A program made the position numbers and the translations under genes. A stretch of DNA of 56,549 nucleotides, filler included, from Sluysia triapertura (taxonomy: Eukaryota), in NCBI GenBank assembly GCA_046118255.1. It is 4 parts of 4 records of this genome, joined end to end, with 100 filler letters (N's around TTAATTAATTAA, not from the genome) between each part and the next. Parts side by side here need not be neighbours in the genome. Positions count along the whole stretch, not along the records: positions 24,644 to 45,472 come from JBJNIA010006661.1; positions 45,573 to 56,549 come from JBJNIA010190641.1; 2 more parts are not named here. The stretch is one strand, 5' to 3'. Position 1 is the stretch's first letter, and each line of letters begins with the position of its first letter. Of the stretch, positions 40,135-51,534 are shown piece after piece. The notes under the pieces are model-generated. The model saw only the letters and a program-made list of their open reading frames with translations, ran no database searches and was not told the DNA's origin.

Positions 40135-41776
40135 TATTACAACACTAGTAAGAGAATACATGGTTAAAAGGTGAGTAGCAATTATCATAGCCATTATTCG
40201 ATAACAGTATTATCAAATATTTGAAACCTTTTACGATTTTACCTCATCAATGTAGAGATACTTTCGAAACTGGATGTATACGACTGAATGAAGGGAATAA
40301 GTTAAGAATCTTAACACAATCTTAGAACCGCAGGTAATGTATTAATGAATGGAACTTGTGAAGAAGGAATTATAGAATACGAAGGTAAATTTTATCGTAA
40401 TGTTGTGGCCCAGGAAACATATTTTATAAGCTTAAAATCATTTAACGAAAGCTTCGATGTCGAAAAAGGCACATGTAACGATCATATTGCAGAATAGGTC
40501 AGACTAGTTGCAACACGGGGGAATCCACATTAATTTATGAAACAGATAGATTTAAGTGTCCTTTAATATTCCTGAAACAGATAAAATTTAATCTAGTATC
40601 CGGATTGGTATATCGAGATAACGATGAATTTTCAATAGAAGAAATAGAAATAAATAGGAAACAAAAAAAGAAAATATGGACCATTTATAAAACATAAAGA
40701 AACTACGACAATATTAATGTCCAGTAGAGAAGATGACGGATAATTTTATAAAAAGAAGTAGTTATCCCATGTGAAAAAGAAATTACAGAGACTTATTACC
40801 AAAGTATTTATTTAACGGAACAGGCAATATTACAAGGGGATTGAATAAAAAAAATAAAATTAAATATTTATTTTAATAATAAAATAGACTTATATTTTAT
40901 CACTTGGTATTGATGTCATTAGGGTAGATATATCAAATAATGATCGTACCATGCCAACTTAACAAAGAAATATTGCGCACGAAACTCGTAGTTACACTAC
41001 TACTACCATTAGGAGTTTTCGGTAAATTAAAGGGAGAAGTGTTATACGCAAAACGATAGAAGTGCAATTATGGTCAGAAGCAGAATGCATTAATGAGTTA
41101 TCTATACTATATGGTAATATACAAACATATGCAGAACCACTAACAAGAGTTATTTTACCAAAGCCGATATACTGTTCAAACGTAATGGCACCTGATTATA
41201 AAATTCATGATAATTTATGGATATAACTAACAAACAGATATCAGGTTAGACCGCGTGAGATAATAGGATTAATATAATTAAAAGGCCAATTAAAATTTTT
41301 GGCAACGAAAAATATATTAAACTCCGAATTTATACAAATGATGATATTCAAGCTGCATGGATAAAAATACTATTCCCCATAAAAATATCAAAGATTCAGA
41401 CAGATATTGTAGATAAGATAATAATAGAAAAAAATGGTCACGTAAGTTTCGAATTATTAGGATCAGGTTATTCAAGAAAGCAGCATAAAACACTTTAAAA
41501 CAGTTTTCTAATATTAGGCCAAGCTTTCTCCGGACTTATAGGTATTTATATAATAATTCAAGTAATTGCGTTAATAATATCCCAAGAATTTTCAGATGTA
41601 TTTTAAATTTTGGGACGATTTCCAGTTTTAGCTGAAATCTTTTACATCACCATACTAATTCTCAAATAAATGCATTAAAGAAATAAAATAAACAAACTGA
41701 AACCGTAGTTCTACAAACAATAAATTGGAATAATGGAACAGAAATGGAAAAAGTATACCCATTAGCCTCAACTTAA
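40135..41776 (+). pseudogene. chuvirus-type (herpes gB-like, class III fusion) envelope glycoprotein, main body
   Basis: Ordered motifs across frameshifts: HSHYS, HQCRDTFETG, TAGNVLMNGTCEEG..GKFYRNVVAQETYFISL, CRIGQTSCNTGESTLIY..KC, PCEKEITETYYQSIYLTE, LNIYFNNKID, CQLNKEILRTKL, GEVLY, ECINELSILYG..YAEPLTRVIL..YCSNVMAPDYKI..W, NS(G)IYTNDDI..ILFP, and TM segment FLILGQAFSGLIGIYIIIQVIALII. Confidence 0.8.
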
Positions 41777-41796
41777 CCTCTACTTAATGTATTTAT

Positions 41797-44210
41797 ATGA
41801 TATGTGCGAATAACAATTATAATGATGCGGAAAGGCCAATGGCTAAAATTCGAATAAACGGCAGAATGATTTCTAAACTAATAGATACAGGAGCAGTAGC
41901 TTCTTTAATAAACCACAGTATTTTAACTGATGAAGAATTAAAAAATCTTGTGGAGCATGTGTATCATTTATCAGGAAGCACCGAAACGCAATACACATTG
42001 TTGGTATTATGAAACTCAATATTAAATTAAGAGTTATGAAAAATTGTCCTGAGGATACGATTATGGGGATGGATATACTATCACAACTAAAAGGAATAAT
42101 ATTGGATTTTAATAAAGCCAAATTAATGGACACTTGCTCATATAGATGATGATGATGTATTCTTAGACGAAACTTTATGGTAATTAAGCAGAAGTGAATA
42201 TGTAATGCCGGCGAGTACTAATATTTTGCTAAAAGGTCACATTATGTTTACTTCATCAGAACATAACCAGGAAAAAATGGACAAAGGAATAGCTGATTCC
42301 ATTTGTAATAATTGCGAAGGAAAAGCACCGGTTCGAATAAGAAATTACACAAATGATAACAAATGGCTGTATGCAGGAATTAAATTGGGAAATATTGTCA
42401 ATTATAAAGTGGAAATGCATATTATTAACCTTGTTACATGCAAACATATATCAAAAGTACTAGTATAAAATAAGAATGAGAAATAGGCGATGAGGATTAT
42501 GAAGAAATTAAAATTGAAAATAAGAATTTAACAAGAAAGTAAAATGAAAAATTATACATCATTTATAGATACACAAAAGTAACTGAAAAAAATAAATACC
42601 ACATAGGAGATTCTGTTTATCATTAAACGAGAGAGACTGCTAACAGAGGATAACGTAATTCGAAAAAATCTATATAGGATTCCAATATGCAATCGAAACG
42701 AAATACAAAATCAAAGAGATATAATGATTTCTCTCTAGTTAAAAGAAAGATGGAACCATGACTTCTTTTCTAATTATGAGATTCTGCACATATTTCAGAT
42801 AACCAAAGTGGATTTTTTGCCTCTATCTAGAATATAGGAAATGTTAGATAAATTAGGGAACTGTCGGTTTACAAAACGGATGTTGTCAGATAGAAATCGC
42901 AGAAAGCACAAGCACAAAACGGCATTCACGCGTGGCGATGAATTATACGAGTCGTTAGGATTACTGGAGCCCAACGTTCTATGAATTTCATTTTGTCTGG
43001 TTGTAAATAAAGTCATGGTGTACATAAATGAAATAATAATTTTCTTTAATGATTTTGAGACACACTTAAAGAATATATCGATAATATATTAAAAAGTTAA
43101 AAATACACCCTACAATATGTGTATGGGCTGGAGAACAAGTGGAGTTTTTAGAACGCGTACTATCAAATAATGTGATTAAATCCCATCCAAAGAATATTGA
43201 AAAGGTGGTTAAATCCAAATAGCCGGGTAATGTTAAGAAAGTACAAATATTTTTAAGGATTGGCAAACTATTAAAGAAGATTTGTCAAATATTTTGCCAA
43301 AATAACCTTTAAGAAAATTAACAAAAAAAGGATGTTTAATTTAAATAGACTGAAGCTCAAACAAATGCATTTAATCATCTTAAAGAAATATTAACTACTG
43401 CACCAAAATTGATTTTTCCGGATGTAAGTAATTCTTTCATTGTAATAGAAGATGCTAACAATTATGCTTTCGGAGAAATTGTAGGATAAAAGGACAAGAA
43501 TAATCTAGAAGCGGTTTTTATCTACGCTAGCTGCCGTTTAAATAAAGCCGAGATGAATTACTACATTATTGAAAGAGAATGTTTAGCGATTGTCTATACT
43601 CGCAAATTGCTTAGAAATTATTTATTAGGACAAAAAATTTATCTACATATTGATCATAAACCACTTACATAGAGATGAAGTAATGAATTAAACTGATGAT
43701 TAAATAAGTTATCAGAATTCGATTCATAAATTATGGCACCGATTGTATATCCAGATTAACTAACATAGACGAAGAAGGCAATGTAAGTCTTCATGAAAAG
43801 TCGAAGATATAAAATAAATTATAAACATCATATTATACATCAATTAGTAAAAGGCACTTTAAATGAAAACAATCTGAAAGACTGACGGAATTTAACGATT
43901 TAGAAATCGCAGAAATGAATGAAAAACAACACTCCCACAATCTTTAATTAAACCTAAACTAATAGAATTACATGATGGGTAATTGGGTGGTCACCTATCT
44001 ACAAGAAAAGTAAGTATTATTGGAAAGAAACGGAAAACAATATCAGAAAATTGTGTAAAAATTACACAATGTGCTGTAGAAGAATACAGCGAAAAACAAA
44101 AGCACTATCACCTACGGAATTTACGGCTATTGAAATTATGTGTCCATTGCCGGAAACACTTAGTGGAAATAAATAACTGTTTTTGCGGATTATCTAACAA
44201 AGTGAGTGTA
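41797..44210 (+). pseudogene. Ty3/gypsy pol remnant (protease, RT, RNase H, integrase start)
   Basis: LIDTGAVASLI and IMGMDIL (PR); YRIP, KKDGT, KHKTAFT, VYINEIIIF, VEFLE, LANY.RRFV (RT); AFNHLKEILTTAPKL, DANNYAFG, YASCRLNKAEMNY..ERECLAIV, DHKPL (RH); HDG.LGGH, PLPETLSGNK, DYLTK (IN). PR-RT-RH-IN order is gypsy-type. Confidence 0.93.
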
Positions 44211-44279
44211 CATTTGTTCGTAATTATTTTGTTTATTAATAAAAAATTTTTCATTTGAAATCTTATATCTTTTAAAAGG

Positions 44280-45472
44280 AAAAAGAGACCTCGATTATAT
44301 TGATATATTATAATAAGTGGTTATAAAATACAGTTGATATTAATAAAAATTAAATTGTCTAATGGTGCCCTAATGATATAAAAGTATATAAAAATGATAT
44401 AAAAAAGGATATAAAAGGAGTCGCTATTTAGACGTACAAAGAAAGTAAACCAGAGAAAAAACAAGATTGGACTACATTTTTAAATGCATTTACAGAAGAA
44501 ATCACCTTGGATGACATAGGTAAATATCATCTTAGAATGTTAAATATTAGTAAACAAAGAGAAGACGAAACCGTTTACGAATTCCCATGCGCATTAAAAT
44601 TTTTCGTAGTAAGAGCTAAAATACATAGTGATAAGAGAAAAGCAACGTTAATAGATAAACTGAAGAATGGTCTACGACACGAATTGCAAGTATTTGTAAG
44701 TTTAATAGATAATAAACCGTTTAAGGAAGTAGTAAAGACATTAAGGGGTATAGAAAGATCACAAAAAGAAACTGAAAAATCACGAAAAGAAAAAGTTAAT
44801 ATAAATTATATAGATAAGGACTGAATGACCTAAAAATAAACCTAGAGATTACTTCGAGGATAGTGATTTTGAAACAAATAAATGTCAAGAAAATAAAAGA
44901 GGCCTAAACAGTTATAATTAAAGGAATAATTATCAGAATCAAGGAAAAAATTACCAAAATTCAGTCAGAGGTTATCAAAATTCAGGAATAGGAAATAAAT
45001 TCATCATCAAAATTCAAACAGAAACTATCAAAATACAAGATGAGCTACAAGAGGATTCGCCAGAAATTATTCGAACAATGGTCCCAGAGATTATGAGCAC
45101 AATAAAGCTTATAAAGCAACTAGAGGAATAATATATAGACAAAGATGTTGGAGATTTTACAGAGAATGGACAGTATAAATCAATTATTAATAAACAACTT
45201 AGTAAGGAAATAAATAGAGAAAGATTTAAAATAATTTTAGCTTACGTCATATTTCAATGCAATAAGGAAAGGATAAGTGATAAGAATAAAATAAATAAGG
45301 TTATAGAATTCGTTGATAATGGACATTATGGGTCCTCTTCCATAAACTATTAATGGCAATGAGTATATAATTGTATTTGTGCATTATTTGACTAAATGGC
45401 CAGAGGTTTATCCGAGGCCTAATCAAAAGGCTGAAACAGTAGCACAGATACTCGTAGAAAAGATTATATATA
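44280..45472 (+). mobile_element. second, related gypsy element: gag, spacer fragment and integrase core, truncated by scaffold end
   Basis: KQDWTTFLNAFTEEITLDD..KQREDETVYEF..IDKLKNGL (gag); knuckle remnant RCWR.YRE; NKQLSKEINRERFKIILAYVIFQC (matches 36980-37060); DIMGPLP*TINGNEYIIVFVHYLTKWPEVYP.PNQKAETVAQILVEKII (integrase). Confidence 0.88.
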
Positions 45473-45572
45473 NNNNNNNNNNNNNNNNNNNNNNNNNNNN
45501 NNNNNNNNNNNNNNNNTTAATTAATTAANNNNNNNNNNNNNNNNNNNNNNNNNNNNNNNNNNNNNNNNNNNN
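45473..45572. other. artificial scaffold linker
   Basis: 44N-TTAATTAATTAA-44N. Confidence 0.95.
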
Positions 45573-45682
45573 AAAATGGACTGACCGGCGATCGAACCCG
45601 GACCTGTAGCTGCGCAGTTCGATGCTCTACCCACTGAGCTATCAACCCCGTCTAACAAATTTTAGATTACTTTAGTCAATTA
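45573..45682 (-). repeat. tRNA-derived repeat / pseudo-tRNA, copy 2
   Basis: Reverse complement gggttgatagctcagtgggtagagcatcgaactgcgcagctacaggtccgggttcgatcgccggtcagtcca-tttt. A and B boxes, acceptor and D stems are recognisable; the anticodon stem is unpaired. Confidence 0.85.
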
Positions 45683-45839
45683 TGCTACATGGAACTTTAG
45701 GGCTGTATCCAAATATGTATGTGTTTTAAATAGATTTTCAGACGAAAATTAGGTTTAACTGAGTTCATGCAAGGAAAACCACCATATAGAGCAAAGTCGA
45801 ATTTTAATTAAATTTTAATTATAAAATGCTGAAATTTTC

Positions 45840-47920
45840 TTATTTAGAATGATGAAGAAATGATGAATTAAGTATAGAGTGATTGCTATGAAAGAAAAGA
45901 ATCCGAAAATGAGGTTGAAATGTTTGTGAAATGGTTCGTTTTGGAAAGAGAACTTTAAACATTTTCCATTAAAAAGTTGAGTGTGCGGAATTGAAAATTA
46001 ATTAAACTGTAAAAACTAAAGTTAAATTCCCCATCATTTTTAAGTATGTCAATAATAACAATAATTGTTATTTATGTAAGAAGCGATTCATGAAAAAATA
46101 GATAAGAAGAAAATAGAGTAGAAGAAAAGATAAGAGATGATTGTTAATCGAATTGTTACGTTTTGCTTGACAGGTCGTACCATGTAACTGTAAAAGTCTT
46201 TTTAGTGGGTTTAATCTTTAAAAGAGGTTTTGATGATTTGCATAATAGTAATTCCTGATTGTGAGTTTGAGAGTGATTGTACAATAAAGAGGTATAAAAA
46301 CGAATACTTAAAAAATATAAACACAACAAAAAAAGGGCAACATTCATGAGAGACAACAAAAAAGAAAATTCATGATTATTATAACGATTTTTTATTTTTT
46401 TATTGTTTTATGATTTTAATTATTGCAATGTTTTGTACTGAAAGTTTAAGCTTACACAAAAAAGAATATATTTGAAGACGAGTACACCTAAATATGCTGA
46501 AGTAATCGCAAAATGGTAGATTCACATCACATGTTTTATAGTTTAAATAAATTAAACTGTGGGATTTTGAGTCAGACTTAAAGAAAAACAAAATTAATGC
46601 TGTCTTGAATATATATTATCTGCAAAATAAAACAGATACAAAATGATAAACAATTATAATGATAATGATTTTGAGCCTTAAAAATTAACTCTTAGGCTGT
46701 TGCGATTGATTTTAAAAAATAAATTAACCTAGCATTTTTACGGTCTAGGAAAAAGTTAATGTATTTTACGTGTGATTTTAGAAATCCTATAATAAATTCT
46801 ATTTTAAAACTTAACAAATGCCTTACTTTGATATGGAACTCTGTTTTCTCGAGAATATGGTCGGAGATAGCGTTACAATTTTCCTTGTAAATTCCAATGG
46901 TTTATATACTCATCTTCGCCATCTTGTTTATTTATTTTTCATTGATATGATTAAAGAAAAGAAAATATTTTTTGGAATTATAAATTTTGAAATAATTTAA
47001 AATAAGCAAATATTTATTTATTTACTTCAATAAGTAGTATTAAAATATTTAATAATGAATTTTATAATTTGTTAAATTAATAATATTCGATAATATCTAA
47101 AATAAATAAATCACTAAATAAATAAAATATCACAAATATCAATAATTAAAATTATAATAAATATGTAAATAGCATGATGTTTTATTATAATATTTTAATA
47201 AATTGTCTAAATTCTATTGTATTTAATCAGTAAATGACAAATGTTTGTGATATTGTTAGTGATATTAATTTTTTTGATTTGTGATACCCAACATTATTAA
47301 AAATAATTTTTAGGAAATTTAAGCTATTCATAAATTTGAATTTCTTGGGGGCTCCCTGTCCGAATTACTTTCAAATATTTTAAATTATATATTTAATTAT
47401 AATTATAATTATAATTACAATTTTAACATTTTAGTTATTGATTTTAATTGAATTTTGGGAGACTCCCTCCCAAATTATTTTAGAGTTTTGTGGTTATTAA
47501 GTTATAATAGAATTATTCAATAAGATATAAATATTATTATTTATTTCAATTTCTTTAGATATTGGTATTTGAATTTTTTGTTGTTCATTGTTCATTGAAT
47601 AGATTTTTGTGGTCTTAATATTGTCATAAATATTATTGTTAACTTTGAAATTTAGTTATTTAGTTTACTTGTATTATTTTTCAAGCAGAAATTTATAATA
47701 ACGACCTGAATTTGATTATGTAATTGTTATATTATTGACATATTGTTATTAATTTGTATTAAGGACGTAATTTTTGGGTTGAGTAAATATCATTATTAAA
47801 ATAAGAAATTTTATGATAAGTTATACTTGATACAGTGAATATTGAAATAATTTGAGATTTTATTTAAGTAAATTAAATTGATATTGGTTTATTGTTACTA
47901 TTAATTTCAAAGATACAACA
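45840..47920 (-). repeat. unidentified dispersed repeat family, copy 2
   Basis: 45840-46380 is similar to 11130-11600; 47430-47920 is similar to 11780-12190 and inverted relative to 48122-48600. Confidence 0.7.
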
Positions 47921-47975
47921 TTATTATTATTATTGTTGTTGCTGGGGTAAAAGGCCTTAAAGTGCCATGATGGTA

Positions 47976-48079
47976 TATTGACTATAATAAAATAACATTG
48001 TTAGGCGGGGCTGATAGCTCACTTGTAGAGCATCGAACTGCGCAGCTAGATGTCCCGGGTTCGATCCCCGGTCAGTCTA
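47976..48079 (+). repeat. tRNA-derived repeat / pseudo-tRNA, copy 3
   Basis: gggctgatagctcacttgtagagcatcgaactgcgcagctagatgtcccgggttcgatccccggtcagtcta followed by (ATT)n; perfect T-arm. Confidence 0.85.
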
Positions 48080-48080
48080 A

Positions 48081-48121
<41 letters not shown>

Positions 48122-48123
<2 letters not shown>

Positions 48124-49110
48124 GCGTCTTTGAAAATTATTTGTGACAATAAATCAGTATCAGTTTACTTTGTTTAAATAGGATCTCAATAATTTCAATG
48201 CTCACTAGATCAAGTATAAATTATCACAAATTTTCTTATTTTAATAATATTTATTCAACTCAAAAATTACGTGCTTGATTCAAATTAATAACAGTAACTC
48301 AATGATATAATATAAGTTATTATAAGTTTCTGTTTCAACAATAATACAAGTAAATTAACTGAAACTGACTAGATCTCAAAATTAACAATAATTTTCATAA
48401 CAATGTCAAACGCACAATAATCTATCCAAAGAAAGCAGAGTTGACTCAACAAATATCAAAATATCAATATCTAAAAAAGTATAAAATAATAATACTTATA
48501 TATTGTCAAATAATTCTATTCTAACATAATATCAGAAAAGTTATAAAATAATTCAGGCAGGGAGTTAAAATAATAATCAAATAATTAGCGTAAAAATTAT
48601 TATAGTAGCAAAATTTATTTAAAGATTGCCAAACAAATACTTTATTTATTTATTTTAATAATAATTAAAATAATAAAAAAAATAATAAAAAACATTACCA
48701 CAGTCATGAATTAGCTGATTGTGTGATTGTATTGTAAAATTTTTAAGTTTTTCATTTTATAATTTCTCATCATCTAATCAATCCTGAGTTTCACAATAAA
48801 ACACTCTCACAGAAATAATCAAAACCTCTTTGAGAATTAGACCGACAATAACTACTTTATAAAGTACATGGTACGGTCTGTCAAACTTCATTAGGTACAA
48901 AACACAAAAATTTGATTATTGTTCAACTATTATTTTCTTCTAATTTTTGATTCCTAATTTTGTGATTAAGTAGTAAGTTACTTAAATGACTTTAATGGTC
49001 ATGATATAAATTTTCACTCTAAACCTTAAATGGTTAATACTATGTTTTCAAATAAATGATTAATAAATTCGAAATCATTAAATGGTTTTGCTTTACACGC
49101 TTTTCCAGTT
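48122..49110 (+). repeat. unidentified dispersed repeat family, copy 3 (inverted relative to copy 2)
   Basis: Reverse complement of 48122-48600 aligns along its length to 47430-47920; 48750-48895 is the reverse complement of the 11400-11540 block. Confidence 0.75.
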
Positions 49111-49613
49111 TGTTATATCATAAAATTATACTAAATTATTTATTTAAATCTATCACATTATTCTCCCAACTAGCATCGCAAAGATTTTACGGATGAGATA
49201 TTGAAACAATAATTTTCTATTTATGAATAATATATTTCCAAAGAATTATTGAAATTCATTATTTCATTAATTTTAATCAAATTATTATTAATTTAAACTT
49301 AGTTCACGGTTTTTAAATTTCATTCTGCTTATAAAACTTAAAAAATTATACATACAAAAATTTTTTTTGATTATAGCTTCGTCATCATGAGTTTTTTGTT
49401 ATTATTATATTAAACCTTATAGTGAATAAAGTAAACGTAAATATCACTCCTTGAAAAAAGTATAAAGACAACTGTCACATTATGAGCTTAAATAATTACA
49501 TTCAATGTCACTGCTATTTTATTATAATGTTGTGTTTTTTCGTTTATTAATATTCCTCTTTAATAACTAAAAGTCAAATAAAAATGAATCTCGATATATT
49601 TTTATATAACATT

Positions 49614-49750
49614 TATAAAAATCAAATCTTTTATATGACAAATATAATTCTATAAATCAACTTCTTTATATCACAATTATAGTTCTATAAATCAAACATT
49701 TTATAAAGTTAAAATACTTCTTAAATCAAATTCTTTAATAAATTATTGTC
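49614..49750. repeat. degenerate ~35-bp tandem repeat, about 4 units
   Basis: Units of tataaatcaa..ctttata..a.aattata.ttc. Confidence 0.55.
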
Positions 49751-50999
49751 TAACTCTTTAAAAATCGCAGGGGTTACACAAAATAAATGTTGTTTTCAAA
49801 AATAAAATATAAAATAATAACAAAATAAACGCTACTTTCCATTAACCACGTAAACTTATCTTTATTTTAATATTATTACTGAAGAAAAGATTCAAAAAGT
49901 GTTATCCAAAACTGAATTGAATCCAGCGTCCTTATAGCAAGAAGTTGTTTCTATAGTTCTGATCTTTGGCTCTTGACTATTTTGTCACTTGTTACTGTTA
50001 TCGTTTTTTTGTGTTTTTGTTGTAAAAGTTAGCTCTTTATAAAGTATCCAGATAATTGTCAGATAGTCGCGAGTACAATTTAATTATTTTGCATGTCTAC
50101 TACACATACTACTTTCTTAGATTCAGTTTTATGCCGACCCATTACTAAAATGAGATTTCAATATTAATTTCCGACTTTAGATTGCCTGACTATTATCGGG
50201 AGATAATGAGTTTTATGAAGAACAAACCCATATCTCTTTAAAAGAATCAAATCATAATTTAATATCACAATTGGAATTATACAAACAGATATAAAAATAC
50301 GTTATCCTAATTTACCTATAGTTATAATCTAATATACTTCTTTTAAGAACAATATTTTATATCGTACGTAAAACGTTAACGGTACATTAAACTTCAATCT
50401 CAATAACGTATACGAACTTGTTTCTTTACAAGCTTTAATTTAATATCTGCTTCTATTATATATTATTTTATATATGAATTTTACTAATTAATTAATAATA
50501 TTAATTTCGCGTTATCTACGTTGACATGCTTTGGTATGATCATTACAATTCACCATGTATGCTGTTCGTCACTATATCTTTATAAATAATAATTTACCAC
50601 CATTCTCAATTAATCTACTAATTAATATGCTCTTAACATGTTAAAAATCCTTTAAAAACATATCGGACTCCTCATCAAACGATTACCAACCCCAACCATA
50701 ATTTATGTTTATGAATGCGTCACTGCAGGATTAAAATGTTTAAAATCATAAACAAAATTAATTTTCAAAACTAGAAAAATTTAATTAATTGAGTAACATA
50801 ACCAAACAGTCAATTAATAATTTTATCTTTCAGTATGAATATAATGAATTGATAATTATTATTATTCAAAATTATATCTTTGTTATATTGAACTCATACC
50901 AAAGCGACATGGTTTTGTTACTTCAATTAAATTTTTTTTATTTTATATACTAACTTCTTTTTTTAGTAACAATTTTTATTTATTTGTAGGAAACTGCCT

Positions 51000-51534
51000 A
51001 TGACAAAAACAATTACTAAAGTAAGTTAATATTAAATGCATGATACATACTTTAGCCTTCTACTCTGAATAAAATAGTTCGCAAAAACTTACCTCCCAGT
51101 TCAATAAGATATAAATGTGCATTAACAAACACAATTTACGATGTACTCAAAAATCGTGGCTGGCAAGAAGTTACTGGGTAATAAATTATTTTCATTACAT
51201 AAATGTATACTTTTTATTTAGAGATGATGAACAATGGGATTTTTTCTGGTGTGATAGAGAATGGTTAGCTAACAATTACGACAGAACATATTTACCAGAA
51301 AATGCCCGTATTTGTCATTTTAGAAATCATTTTGAAGTAATCAAAAGTAGAAAAAAATTTATCTGATTTTTGTTTAGTTAACTAGAAAAAATTTCATGGT
51401 AAAAAATTTTAAGCGTTATAAAAAGAAATTAGAAAAAGATGGCAAAGGTGAATCTGAAAAGTATGTTGTTTGTTATTATTTAATTTAAATTTTATTTCAG
51501 AATTAATTTTTATCCGTCTACATTTGAATTGCCA
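51000..51534 (+). CDS. TTLL9: tubulin polyglutamylase TTLL9, first five coding exons
   Basis: Exons 51000-51020, 51056-51177 (IRYKCALTNTIYDVLKNRGWQEV), 51222-51336 (WDFFWCDREWL..ICHFRNHFE), 51378-51460 (LTRKNFMVKNFKRYKKKLEK) and 51501-51534 (NFYPSTFELP); 35-44 bp GT-AG introns, all in frame. Confidence 0.9.

Larger units (their letters stand above)
35160..44250 (+). mobile_element. degraded env-bearing Ty3/gypsy LTR retrotransposon, order LTR-PBS-gag-spacer-env-pol, with nested insertions
   Basis: LTR-like segment ending aataatt, then tggcaccgaattggac (PBS-like); gag 35850-36430; env 37230-37420 plus 40135-41776; pol 41797-44210. All parts are on the + strand. Confidence 0.75.

Noticed and set aside
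45840-46380. Mitochondrial insertion or alternative genetic code (TGA=Trp, TAA read-through)
   Set aside because: No mitochondrial protein motif recognised, frameshifts accompany the stops, and genuine host exons here have no in-frame stops.
48008-48079. Functional tRNA-Arg(GCG)
   Set aside because: The anticodon stem cannot pair in any copy, and copies carry indels in the D and T regions.
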